Assembly (NCBI GenBank): GCA_965153285.1 | Contig: OZ229112.1 | Strand: one strand, 5' to 3' | Length of the DNA stretch: 64,000 nucleotides | Source: Podarcis tiliguerta | Lineage: Eukaryota | Shown: in pieces, positions 24,670 through 37,454 of the stretch | Numbering within the stretch: the stretch's first letter is position 1 | How the letters are laid out: every line of letters begins with the position of its first letter | Notes under the pieces: generated by a model | What the model was told of the DNA's origin: nothing | The model's input: the letters and a program-made list of their open reading frames with translations, nothing else | Database searches by the model: none | Position numbers and translations under genes: made by a program

Positions 24670-25266
24670 CAGGGGCGTAGGAAGGGGGCGGGGGGCTGTC
24701 CGCCCCAGGTGTCACCCTGAGGGGGGGTGACAAAATGGCAGTGGCCGAGGGCTACACTTACTGTAGGGTGGTCAAGGGCACGTGCATGACGTTGTTATGG
24801 GCACTGCTTGAGCGCCATCTGTATGGGCGCAACGCATACACCGGTTGTATTGGCACCGCGCATACGCCATCCGTATTGGCACCGCTTGAGTGCTGTCCGT
24901 ATCAGCGCTGCATGCGTGCCGTCAGTATCAGTGTCGCTCGAGCACCATCTGTACAGTGGTACCTCGGGTTAAGTACTTAATTCGTTCTGGAGGTCTGTCC
25001 TTAACCTGAAACTGTTCTTAACCTGAAGCACCACTTTAGCTAATGGGGTCTCCTGCTGCCGCCACACCGCCGGAGCACAAATTCTGTTCTCATCCTGAAG
25101 TAAAGTTCTTAACCCGAGGTACTATTTCTGGGTTAGCGGAGTCTGTAACCTGAAGCGTATGTAACCCAAGGTACCACTGTATCGGCGCCATGCATGCATC
25201 GCTGGGTGGTTTGCCCCACCCCTCAACACCCCGCAGTGGGTGCCGGAGAGCCTTCCTTCACCACTG
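24670..25266. mobile_element. hAT MITE with internal ~24-bp degenerate tandem repeat and a nested Tc1/mariner MITE
   Basis: CAGGGGCGTAGGAAGG ... CCTTCCTTCACCACTG; 8-bp TSD ATTGAAAG / GTTGAAAG. Confidence 0.8.
24954..25179 (-). mobile_element. Tc1/mariner MITE family A, copy 2
   Basis: CAGTGGTACCTCGGGTTA ... TAACCCAAGGTACCACTG; TA TSD; inverted relative to copy 1. Confidence 0.92.
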
Positions 25267-27904
25267 GTTGAAAGGTTTAGGGACAAAGAGGTACAGAGGA
25301 GTCTACCCACCGACCCCTTCAGCTCCAGGACCTGACAAATGCTGAGAAAGCACATGTCAACATTGGGTCTCCTCCAGCGTGGATGCCCCTTTGCAGGCCA
25401 CTGCAGTGCTTTCAACAGTGCTTGGTGGCGAGCCACCATTTAAATTTGCCACAATCTTCCTAATGCAGAAGCAGCCTAAGTCACTTTGCTGCCTGATGGG
25501 CCAGAATCCTCCTCTGCGTCTGTGGGCAGACGTCAGCTAGTGCCCAGATCCATTCTCCTACAGCTCCCTGCCACTTACCCACCTCACCCTCCGCCTCTGT
25601 AGCCTGTGGTGGTTGCCTCACCCTGATTAAAAGCAAAATTAAAACCATAGAACTGTAGAGTGATATGGGTCATCTAGACTAGGCTTCCAGACTAAGCAAT
25701 CCAGTACATATTATTATTATTATTATTTTAATGGTGCGTGGGAGCAGGGCAAGCATCAAGGCTGGGCTTTGCTCAGGTCCTGTCAACTTCCTGCTGGTGA
25801 TAAGCCTGTTTTCAGTGCAGTGTTTAGGACTTTAGGGTTGCAAATCCAGGATATACCCCAAAGTAAACCAGGATAAAGGGGTATGGACTATTCTGGAACC
25901 AAAGCATAATTTATCATAATCCTGACTGGACAAAATGAGGGAGGAGGTGGAGGGATGATGAAACTGGACAAAGGCCAAAGTAACTCCTTGGCCCTGAAGG
26001 CACAAGGTCTGAATTCTTCCATGTATCAATAGGGGAACATCACCAAATCTCCAGCTCCCCACAGGAAAGTACTTCCCACATTTTAACAGGTATAATACAT
26101 ATTAGCAACTCCTGTCCTCACACAACTACATTGTTTTTCTTCTTCAGGCCAGTCTGGTCATGCCAAAACAATCTGGCAGTGTCAGGAACAAATTTGTCAA
26201 ATGGGATGAGATGAAAAGATAGCCCTGAACTTACTCAGGAAGAATTCGAAAAGAAAACAATCACCATGGTTACATGCACGATAAAGAAGCGAGAGCACTG
26301 AAGTGTTTATTCTGTGTAGAGGGTTTTTTTTTTTACTTTTGTTGGCGTGGACTTTTTATTCTTTCTCTGACCGCACTGTTGCAACACAAAGCATTTTTTT
26401 AAAAATCCTAATGAGAATACAGTACAAGCCTCAAGCAATCTTGTCAAAGATATTTACAATTATAATAGTTAGGATGTCCAAAGGAAATAGATGGGGTTAT
26501 AGATTAACTGGCCATGTGAGTGAGCTGGAAGGGGAAAGGGTGATCAGATTCCAAACTCATGCTAGTCTGCATCGTGTTTTGCATTTGCACTGCTTGTTTG
26601 AACAGTGGATGTTCTGTAATAAGTAAGTAAGTAATAAGTGTGGAAGCAAAAACAAATGAATGTTGTGCTTTAATTCCCACTTGACATTCCTCCAAACAGT
26701 TATTCTTACATAATTATTTACCATCAGCTGTGATAGCAGAGAAACTGCTTTGTATGCAAAAGATCCCAAGTTTAAACCCCATTGTCTCCACATCAAGCTG
26801 GGAACTATCCCATGATTTTATTGGAGATGTAATGCAGATAATGCTTCTTTAAAACACATGTTTTACAATGCCCTGTACTTAGTAAGTTTGGGGAGAAAAT
26901 AGTGTATTATATAAATATGACACTGTGGAAAAAGCTAAAATTTCCAGAGGATATTCTTCTTTTGAACGATATACCTACTACGTGGAATTTGACAACTAGA
27001 TAATGTAAATGGGTTCTCCATACCCTTACTATGGCCGAAAGGCTGATATCACTGCACTGGAAAAATAAATGTACAGCTCCATTTATTCAGTGGATGGAAG
27101 ACCACTTGCCACTAAAAGCTAATTGCTTATAGACAGAGACTGACTTTGCGTGGACAGGTATAATGAATTGAACTCATTTATACAAAATGCAGTAGGTTAA
27201 TTTTTTTAATTGTTAACTGTTAACAATTGGTGTATTAATATACTATATTTCTTTCCTCTCTCTCTCTTTTCTTTTCTTCACTTTTTTCTTTTTTAAAAAG
27301 AAGGCTCTGAGCTCACTTGCCTTCTCATGCTCCTCCCCACCCCCGGCGCACGATGCCAAAACTGTATATTCAAGCAGCGTAGAAGAACATTGCATATAAA
27401 ACTCTGAGGGAAGAGTCCAGTTGACTTCAATCAAGATTTACAAAGCATTCGCCATTTTGCCAAGAGCCTGTGTAAAGCTGAGATTAGAACAAAGGATACT
27501 GGGATAATATCATGAAGAAGTCAAAGTGATAACTCTTACAGATAAAGCAGGATCACGTAGCAGTATCAGTAATGTGCTTTGTCTTCTGTAAAACCCAAAT
27601 TCCAAATTCTACTGATCAGTATTAAGATATGCAAGAGCTGGTCATGGATCTTCAAGACAATCTGCAAATTAATAGCAGTCAAAGAAGAAAACTTAAATTT
27701 GTATTCCACCCTTCTTTGGATGAGCTCATGTCTATGTCCATGGGGTTAGTTAGCCAATGGCAATTTTATTCCCACAGTAGTCCTGTGAATTGGTTAGTCT
27801 GAGAAGTAGTGAGCAACTCAAGGTTACTTACCGCACAATGCCAGGCACATTTAGAAGGAAGTTCCGTTGAAGTAAAAGCTTACTCCTAGTAAATGTTCAT
27901 AGTA

Positions 27905-28522
27905 AAAGGTAAAAGGCCCCTGGAGAGTTAAGTCCAGTCAAAGGCAACTGGTACCTCAGGTTACATACGCTTCAGGTTACATACGCTTCAGGTTACAGAC
28001 TCCACTAATCCAGAAATAGTGTTTCAGGTTAAGAACTTCCTTCAGGATGAGAACAGAAATCGTGCTCTGGCGGTGTGGTGGCAGCAGGAGGCCCCATTAG
28101 CTAAAGTGGTGCTTCAGGTTAAGAACAGTTTCAGGTTAAGTACGGACCTCCGGAACGAATTAGGTACTTAACCTGAGGTACTTAACACTGTATGGGGTTG
28201 CAGCACTCATCTCACTTTCAGGCCAAGGGAGCCGGCGTTTGTCCACAGACAGCTTTCCGGGTCAGGTGGCCAGCCTGACTAAACCGCTTATGGTGCAACG
28301 GAACACCGTGAAGGAAAACCAGACTGCACGGAAATGCCGTTTACCTTCCTGCCACCTATTTATCTACTTGCACTGGTATGCTTTCAAACTGTTAGGCTGG
28401 CAGGAGCTGGGACAGGACAAGGGGAGCTCACCCCGTTCTGGGGATTCGAACTGCCAACCTTTTGATAGGCAAGCCCAAGAGGCTCAGTGGTTTAGACCAC
28501 AGCGCCACCCACGTCCCCTAGA
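27905..28522 (-). mobile_element. Sauria SINE interrupted by MITE family A
   Basis: TSD GTTCATAGTA (27895-27904, 28523-28532); SINE sequence resumes at TATGGGGTTG (28191). Confidence 0.88.
27949..28190 (+). mobile_element. Tc1/mariner MITE family A, copy 3 (left terminus damaged)
   Basis: Same interior as 152-392; ends CACTG+TA; left CAGT missing. Confidence 0.88.
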
Positions 28523-29273
28523 GTTCATAGTATTGCAGCTGTGAAAGATAGGAAGCTCTCAAGTCAGACCCGTGGGTCCATCTAGCTCAGTATTGTCTAT
28601 ATTGAGTGGCAGCTGCTTGCCAGGATTTCAGGTAGCAGACTCTCCTAGCCCTACCTGCAGATGCTGAGATCTTTAAAGGGGGACCTTCTGTGTGCATGCT
28701 CCATCATTGTGTTACGGCCCTCCCCCAAATTCAATCTTATGCATATTTACTCAGAAGCAAGTCTCACCATCTTCAATGGGGCTTTACTTCCCTTGTGTCC
28801 ATACGGAGAACTGCTGCTTTACTTACATTTATGGCAGAGTGGAGGATTTTCAGAGGGATTTCCACTCTTCAGACCCAAACACACTAAACACTATACCAGT
28901 CCAGCCACAGATGCTTTATGCAGATGGGGTATATGTGATAACACAGCCATTTAAAGGGCAAGCTGCTGGCACACGGCTTTGGAGACTGTTAGCACACCTG
29001 TTGATTCTCTCTTGATTTCACACGTAAAGTTCAAGCTTAGTTCACCAGCTTGTTTAGTTCCCTCGAGCTTCCCCCACCCTATTGCCCAGTTGATCACAAA
29101 ACATTTCAGGAACAAAGGAACACAACATCATTAGCTTCCTCTCCTGTTTTTGTCAGCCAGTATTCATAAACAGGGCGAACAAAAGCAAAAACATTGATGT
29201 TTCCCTTTTAAATATGATCTGGTTTGAACAGCCTGATCTACATATTCACGGCTTAAAACACAGCAAGTTGGTT

Positions 29274-29298
29274 CACACACACACACACACACACACAC
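29274..29298. repeat. (CA)n microsatellite
   Basis: Direct reading. Confidence 0.9.
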
Positions 29299-30079
29299 TT
29301 CAAATTGCATTTCCACTTGCTGTATGCACCAAGGAGCCGAATGGGTGTCTTAACCTGGTACACATTACCTGATTTGTTTCCTAAACCAGCAGCCCCCTTC
29401 CCAAAGCCCTATTCAAGAACCACTTTGCACATGCTGTCAACAGTGGTGCGAGAGCACTGGAACCAGAGTGGTAATGTGTTCATAGCCAAAGACAGGGACA
29501 GCAAATATGCTTTAAAACAATTTTCAGAGAGGTAGCCAGTCATGCTAGTCCATTGCAGCAAAAACAAAGCAATTTGTGACACTTCAAGTCTCACACATCT
29601 GATGAGGGCATGAGACCTCCACCCCTAAACCCTAGAAATTAATAAATGGTAGGATTATGATTATTTGGGAAGGGAGGATATAAGCTACAGAGGAATTCCT
29701 GAGCTAGCATAGCAAAGTGACCTGGCCAAGCTAGGGCCATTAAGAAACAAGACAGGGCCACTGAGAGTCACTGGCAATGCAATAGAACTGTCCTCCCCGC
29801 TGAGGTGTGAACAGAGACTGGGGTTTGGAAGGTTGCCAGGGTAACTGGGTGTGAGGTGACAGGAAAAGAGAGTTTTTAGCAGGGTGTTCTGAGAAAAAGA
29901 AGGAAGAAGACAGACAGGGATCCATCTTGGACAGGTTGGCTGAAGGCTGGCTGCACTGCTGTGGGGGACAAGCCCCTCTTGAAATGACCATGCTGTAAGC
30001 TCTGGACTCCCTCCATGCAGACTGAAGGTGTAAATAGGTGGATGAACCGTGTTTCTTAAGGCAATGACAGTGTCCCAAC

Positions 30080-30835
30080 CTCCCGTCTAATCCTTATTTC
30101 AAATTCATATTACTTATTGCCAACACACATTTTTATCACAATTAAACTTATTCTTAATAAATCTAATTTCTTATATCTACCTTGCAACTATTACTGAAGT
30201 TACTCGAATGCTGCAACTGAATTTAAACTACTATATTTATTTTTCAGATATTCTTTGAAAACCTCCCATTTTGAAACAAATTCCTGTTTTGATTTATTCT
30301 TTATTTTTTCTGATAAACCATCTAATTTGGCATATTCTGTCAGCTTTTGGATCCAATCTTGAATAGAGGGGATTTCATTACTCTTCCACTTTGCTGCGAT
30401 CAAAACTCTTGCTGCCGCCGTCGCATATAAAAAGATACCCTTCCTCTTTTGTGGAATATCCAAATCTGTTATTCCCAGGAGGTAGGCCTCTGGTTTTTTA
30501 TTGAAAGAGATCTTTAGCATTTTTTGCATGGATATTCTCCCAGAATACCTGTATTTTCCTACATATCCACCACATATGGTAGAATGTTCCTGAGTCTTCG
30601 CATCTCCAACAATTATTTGACACATTTTTATACATTTTTGAAAGTTTCCATGGTGTTAGATACCATCGATGTTGCATTTTTTGAAAGTTCTCTCTAATTG
30701 TGTAAAAATTTGTGAATTTCCAATTGATCTTCCATAAATTTTCCCATTGGGCCATGGTTATTGAATGGCCAAAATCCTGGGACCACCTCACCATTGCCAC
30801 TGTTACCTCCTCCTCCTTGACTGTCCAGTCAAGGA
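30080..30835 (-). mobile_element. L1-clade LINE, 3' fragment (ORF2 C-terminus, frameshifted)
   Basis: ORFs 30498-30800 and 30200-30625 give RENFQKMQHRWYLTPWKL...CWRCEDSGTFYHMWWICRKIQVFW (Cys/His domain) and AARVLIAAKWKS..IPSIQDW. Confidence 0.85.
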
Positions 30836-33177
30836 GGAGTCAATAAGTTTTGGAAAGATCTTTCTATTGCTCAGCAAAGAGTGGAGATGGCACCCAACTT
30901 TTGTAAAAATATATTGAAGCTGACAAAGAGGAAATCCAGGTTTGGTTCTAACTAAGTTTTTAATTTAAATATTGAATAAGGCTATGAGATGAAGCAACGT
31001 GTCACGGAGTGCTTCCCCCAGCCAACATTAATACCAAACAGGAAGTACCTTGTACAAAAGATACCTACTAGCACAGAGCTTTGAAGTTGAAGCCACTGAT
31101 TGCGTGTCACATTTCCTGTTCCAGTTACGCTGGTCCTGCTAGCCCATTTGGCTGTTAGCAATCCAAAAGAGATTGCCACAATTCCCATGTGGATTGACAG
31201 TATCAGATTCACTTACAACACCCAACTCTTACATTTGCCTATTTCTCTTGTTTTATACTAAGGAAGGGTGGATACCAGGTTGTTGGGGGGGGGGGCAATT
31301 TTAGATAAAATTATAGCCCCAGAGAGGGGAATTGTTATAAGACATCTAAGGTCATAAATAAAATGAATGTTCGTGAGCGCACAAGGGGAAAACACATACA
31401 TAAACCACATGTTTGAAATAGTATAGGAGAGCAGTACTGAAGCCATCTTGACTCTTAATGACCCCAAATATTTCCTCTGCAGAAGGAAATATCTTGGAAA
31501 CACTTTCCCCAATAGTTCTTTCCACTTACAAATTCTTCAAATCCTGTCAAAAGGGCATATTTTGTGTATGAACAGAAGGCAGCTTGTGTGGTCTCCGTGT
31601 CTTTTGCCAAGGGAGTGGAGAAACAGCTTGAGGGATAACTTTGAGCAGACTACTAGCAGTAAAGGAAAGGATTATACAGTCTCTCTTTTGGTACTCTCTA
31701 TGGTAGTCCCCAAGGTATCTTTTCAATAACAAATAAACCGGGACCAAAAAAAATGCAACGTGTAACTAGCAGTCTGGCCCCAAAGAACATCACTTTTCTA
31801 AACAGCTCATTTTAACATACAAGTTTGTATTACCATTTTGAGCCAGGTAACTGTTTAGGCAACATGTGAGCAAGTGAGGCTGCTGTGAGATTAATTTTTA
31901 TTAAGTCTTTTTCACAACATCAGGGCTGCTTAAGCTTATGTCAATTAAATTTATATCCAGATAATTAAACATTCATTTGGAACATCAACTGTGCCCTCAA
32001 AGGCTCAGGCAAGAGACACCTGGGCCATTTCATCTCTGCAGGCTGCAAAGCATTAATGGATGAAAGAAAGAAACCCTCAGCAGGTCTGTATTAATTATCT
32101 TTCCACCTCTCCTCATACTGCCCTCATGGAAGATAAGGGTCATTGCAAGTCAGAATGACCTAGCCAGAAGCTTCCCACTCGCTCCATTGTCGAATTACCC
32201 AATTTTTCACACTGAAAAGCCGGATCATTGCATTCACGTAGTGCAGACTCCTAAGCCAAGCCTCCACCTCCACTCACGAGCCAGTGCAAAGCAGTTCTTT
32301 GTACAGCTACCATCAATTCCATTTTCTGCCTAGCAGTATTTCAGTGTTAAAGAGTTTTACCATAGGAATAAATAATCATTCAATAGCTAGAATGCATAAA
32401 GGACAAGGTTACAGTCAGGAAAGTTATATTAACAGTTTGCTTTCTTCCCATTTCCACCTGAATCCACACACACTCAAACACACACACACAGAGAGAGATT
32501 TAATGGTTTTTTATTGAACTAAGGTACCAAACGTCAGAATCAGACTGCATTTCAGAGCATTCTCAAGGCCAAACTAGAGGGCAGGTGATCCACATTTTTA
32601 AGCACAGATTTATCCCAGCCATAAAGTAAGAGGGTACATATTTTTAAACAAATGAGACACACAGGTGAGGAGTACAGAGCCGTCCCACTGCAGTTTCTTA
32701 AGTCTGCCAGCTTGCCTGCCCCACAACATACACTAGCACTGGGCATTGGCATGGCCCGAGGGCAGGGAGGCAGCCACCCCGTAAATCAGGTAAATAAACA
32801 AAATTACTTAGCTAAGAGTAGAAGTGATCAGAATATTTGAAATTGAAATGCTTGCTGAGGTCACTTTGATGATGTTGTGGCACATTCTAGTGAAACAACT
32901 GGCAACCCAACTGAGCAATAGGCGTGGCTTCTGGGAACTGACCAATCGCGTCACAGGTAGCTCGGTTCTGGAACAGGTGCCCTGCCCCCTTCCTCATGGA
33001 GTTGCCCATGCACCAGGAGCTTCCCTCCTCCAGTGCTGGACTGGAGAAAAGGGCTTGGAGAGAGGGGCAGTACCTGGTGAGGTAAGCAGCTTCAGAAGAA
33101 AGTCTTCCATGGGCATAGCCAGGCTTTATGTTGGGAGGGGGGAAGGCTTCATGTTGGGGGGGGTCAGAACCTCAGTT

Positions 33178-33446
33178 GTTGTTGTTGTTGTTGTTTAGTC
33201 ATTCAGTCGTGTCCGACTCTTCGTGACCCTATGGACCAGAGCACGCCAGGCACTCCTGTCTTCCACTGCCACCCGCAGTTTGGTCAGATTCATGTTTGCA
33301 GCTTCGAGAACACTGTCTAACCATCTCGTCCTCTGTCGTCCCCTTCTCCTTGTGCCCTCCATCTTTCCCAACATCAGGGTCTTTTCCAGTGAGTCTTCTC
33401 TTCTCATGAGGTGGCCAAAGTATTGGAGCCTCAGCTTCACGATCTA
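33178..33446 (-). mobile_element. Bov-B (RTE clade) LINE, 5'-truncated 3' end
   Basis: KLRLQYFGHLMRREDSLEKTLMLGKMEGTRRRGRQRTRWLD; (CAA)n tail; 12-bp TSD AGAACCTCAGTT (33166-33177, 33447-33458). Confidence 0.93.
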
Positions 33447-33546
33447 AGAACCTCAGTTAGTTAAATTTTTTTTTTTGATTTACTTGATGTGGGGGCTGCT
33501 GCCCTCCTGCTTCTCATCCCCCTGGCTACACCCATGGCTTCTGAAC

Positions 33547-33713
33547 CAGTGGCGTAGTGTGGGGGGCAGGGGGGGCCGGCTGCACCGGGCGCAACATCTG
33601 GGGGGGGGGGGCGCTCGCACTCGCAGTGCTAAAATCAGTGCTAAAATCCACGGGTTAGGGGGCGCAAATTATTTGCCTTGCCCCGGGTGCTGACAACCCA
33701 CGCTACGCCACTG
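33547..33713. mobile_element. hAT MITE
   Basis: TIR CAGTGGCGTAG / CTACGCCACTG; perfect 8-bp TSD TTCTGAAC (33539-33546, 33714-33721). Confidence 0.92.
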
Positions 33714-36459
33714 TTCTGAACCCCTCATTTTTCAGTTAAAAGTGGAAGCGTCGTCTTTCTACATGATTAGGGAAGGCACATTTTCCGTGCAAGGATCTGC
33801 CGCCATTGTGACTTGCCTCTGCCTTGTTAGGAGGGGAAATCTACTAACTCAGTGTGACAAGATCTGGTGGCTGAGCAGATATCAAATAATAACCTGGCTC
33901 AAAAATGCAGAACGATGGGTTACGCAATACTCGCCCCGACTTGAGCTGCCCTGTAGAACGTACAGCAAATGTTGGTGGTTTCAAGTTGAGCCAAAGGGAC
34001 CAGCAGAAGGGGTAAGGGGATATGAAAAGGGAGGAGGTTACAATTAGAATGCATTGCATGCTTTACATGCAAAAGGTCTCGGGTTTGATCGCTAGCATCT
34101 CCAGGTAAGCCTAAAAAGGACTCCTGCGTGAAACTGTCGAAAACCACTGCCAGTCAAGAGTACACAACTACAGAGCTGGGTGAACCAGTGGACTTGGTCT
34201 AAGGCAGCTTCGGCTGTTTCTAATAAGCCATATTACGAGTATGATCATCTCCCTTGCTCTATAGAATCTGTCCCATTTGATTATTAGTGATCTGACCATC
34301 TAAGCTGCCATGCACCGTGAAAATGTATACAAATGTGCCTAGAAAAGATGTTTGACAACATCTTAGGAGAATGCAAGGTTATTGCACTAGTACTGCATCA
34401 ATCACACGATTGCCTAGACTGACTGCAGCATTTGAGGAAAACTGGCGGGGGAGCCTTATGACATCTCTTCTTCCCACACGTCCCTACGAATCTGGAAAAG
34501 TAGAACTGATACCTCATTTTCTTATGTTTTGCTCCTTTTATTGGGATATTTTGTAAGATTTTTACTGAGCTCTTTTCACAGAGGTTCTCAGGACGATATG
34601 GTGTATTTCGTGCTTTTAAAAAATTCTTTTTAAATCAGAATGCATCCACATTTTCCAGTGTGGCTAAATATTGTGTTGCTGCATGTAAAGCTCACCAGGG
34701 ACTGATTTTGGCAGAGTTATAATTTTGTTTTCTATGCCTGGTGTTTTATGATACAATACAGTCCCTACTAATTTCATTTTCATGGTTCTCCATTTTGTTT
34801 GGTTTGGTATTATTTTACATATTTCTGCAAAGTTTGTTTTCTCTTTAATACTAACGATTGACCATAATAAGGAGGTTGACTGATGGATAGACTGGTTTTC
34901 ACACACCTGGACTGGTCTACAACTATACCACTCATGATGACAACGAAGTATCTGTGGCGTTAACTTGGCAGCATGCTTGCAAGAAGAGAGAACAGTGACA
35001 TTTATGTTGTTTTCATACAGCGTGTAAACTCTTCATTCATTACTATAGCCAGTGGACCATGGACATCTATCTTTATAGGAGGAAGGGCCTCAGGAATTGT
35101 GAATTTCCCCTGCCTGATTTCATCCTGTTCTGATGGCCTGAAAAATTAAAGGGGAGGTTGCTGATGACTATGAGGATGAGGCATGTCAATAAGGCAAGAT
35201 CACTCATAGTTCTCTCCCTGCTCAAAGGCTGCAGTGAATGGAAGCTTGCCAGTATTCTATCTGCCACACCCAGCTTACCTGAGATGAAGGACATTTCAGC
35301 GTCACTGGCTTAAATAAAGGGTGTAGCCCACAGAAAGGACAGGCTGCAGCGTGCCGCCCTGACTTTATCTCAAAGCCTGATGGAAGGAAAGCCTCACTTT
35401 TCCTCCCTTAGCCAGACTTATTAATAAATAGTCCATCACTGGATTAGCTGTAGCACTCCATCTCCATGGATAAACCTTTTTGATTTTAGTTCTAGAACCA
35501 CACAGAGTTCTCCTGCATTTGGGTGTTGCTGATTTTGCTGTTCTCCACCTGCTCCCCGCAGTGCCTGATCGAAAGACGTGTATTAATGAGCCAAATTCCT
35601 TCTCCATCAAGTCAAACCTTGGGAGAAATTGAGATAATCAAGTCTGACAACACAGGAGAAGCTGAATCAATAGCAGGGCATGTTCTGCAATCTTCCTGCC
35701 TGTCATTTCAGGGAAACAGAAAAGGTATTATTAGGTGGTTTGAAAATTCTTTCCCATTAGGTCTTTACTGTTTTGCAAGTATCCTCTTTCTGTGTGCGGG
35801 TTGTTGCATGTAAGCCTAAGAGAGCTACCAATTACAGAATCTGCTAAATGCCTGGCATCTTTTTACAAAATCGTGTCAACATTTTTGACACCACCTTCCT
35901 TTCTCAACAAGCGCCTTCACTGAGACACTTAACCTACTCCAGTTTTATTTAGTGCTAACGAACACAACCAGGAATTAGAATATTGGTGAAATGCCAAAAC
36001 TTTGGGGGAGTTTTTCAGATTGACCATAAGTGATACAAGGAGATAACATTTCCAGACATTAAGCAGGAACTCTGTAATAAAAATGAATCTTTCTTTCTTT
36101 CTTTCTTTCTTAGCTGTGCAAAATTTGACCCTGACTCCACTCCTTGTTCACTTTTGCCATTGATGATTCTTTTGGTCTAGAACAGTGTTTCTCAAAGAGT
36201 GTGGCCTTCCAGTGGTCCTTGGTCCACTTTCAGGTGGGCCTCAGTGCCACATCTTGCTCAAGGCCTCCTCAGCTGCCTGTCACTTGCCCCCTCGCTACTC
36301 CATAGCCCTTTAGCTAGACCAATGCCAGCGCCAGCAACTTCTCCCATGCTAAGTAACAGTGGCTGGGGGACAACGAGGTTTGACTTTGTGTGTGTCCCTC
36401 CTCTGAGGGGAAATGGCTGGATGAGGTGATGGAGGAAACTAGAAAGCGAAATAAAAGGT

Positions 36460-36610
36460 GAGGGATAGCTCAGTCTGTAGAGCATGAGACTCTCTTAATC
36501 TCAGGGTTGTGGGTTTGAGCCCCAGGTTAGATGAAAGATCCCTGCATTGAAGGGGGTTGGACTAGATGATGGTCATTGTCCCTTCCAACTCTAAGATTCT
36601 TAAATGTATG
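36460..36610 (+). mobile_element. SINE: tRNA-Lys(CTT)-derived head plus CR1 3' tail
   Basis: TAGCTCAGTCTGTAGAGCATGAGACTC(TC)TTAATCTCAGGGTTGTGGGTTTGAGCCCCA followed by CCTGCATTGAAGGGGGTTGGACTAGATGAT...CCCTTCCAACTCTAAGATTCT. Confidence 0.8.
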
Positions 36611-37386
36611 GAATTTGGCAACAACAAACCAAACAGACACGGAATTGAAAAAGGAATAAGAGGAAAGCTGTTGTAGGAGAAAGAAGTGAATGTAGGAGGG
36701 AGTGAGGAAAGAAACTGGCATAGTGGTGGTGAGGAGAATAAGTATGAGCTGAATGTGAAGGGAGAAGAATTTACAGGAGATGGATAAAAATACTGTGAGA
36801 CACATGTGGGGGCGAGAAGAGAAAAATATAGATAAAAGAAAAAGAGGCTGACACAATATCTACAGAAGAAATGACTGTAGTTCGCTTAAGGAAAACTCAT
36901 TGCCACAAGAAAAGCTCTTCAGCAAAAAAATCTAGCAATTTCCAGTGTGACGTTTTAATTCCTCCCCTGGTGTCCCCATTCAGGGTTGGGAGTGTTACCT
37001 ATTTGGAACCCTGGAGATCCACTGCCAGTGCATGTAAACAATATTGCACTACTTGATGGACTTGTGGACCTGACTCAGCATAAGAGAGCTTCCTCTGCTT
37101 CATCATGGATAAAACTAAAGATTTCTACACCTCGCAAAATATTTTACCCCCAAACCAACACTTGCCAGCAAAAACGAACAGAAAAATAAAACAAGCAAAA
37201 CAGGAAATCCCCACATATAAACAACTTCAGTCCTTCATATCAAATTATTCCAGCAGGCACAATTGAATGCAGGCTTTCAGCCTTATGTAATCAAAATCTA
37301 AAGCACAATTTAAGAATTCTTCAAGGTTTAAGGCAGGCATAGGCAAATTCGGCCCTCCAGATGTTCTGGGACTACAAGACTACAAC

Positions 37387-37452
37387 GTGGGGCTACCTTT
37401 GAAGGTGATCCGGAAACTGCAATTAATCCAGAATGCGGCAGCTAGACTAGTG
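37387..37452 (+). mobile_element. Short L2 LINE ORF2 fragment
   Basis: GLPLKVIRKLQLIQNAAARLV, a motif typical of the L2 C-terminal region. Confidence 0.7.
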
Positions 37453-37454
37453 GC

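Noticed and set aside
29600-30078. Possible degraded LTR next to the L1 fragment
   Set aside because: LTR-like composition, but I could not define TG/CA ends or a TSD
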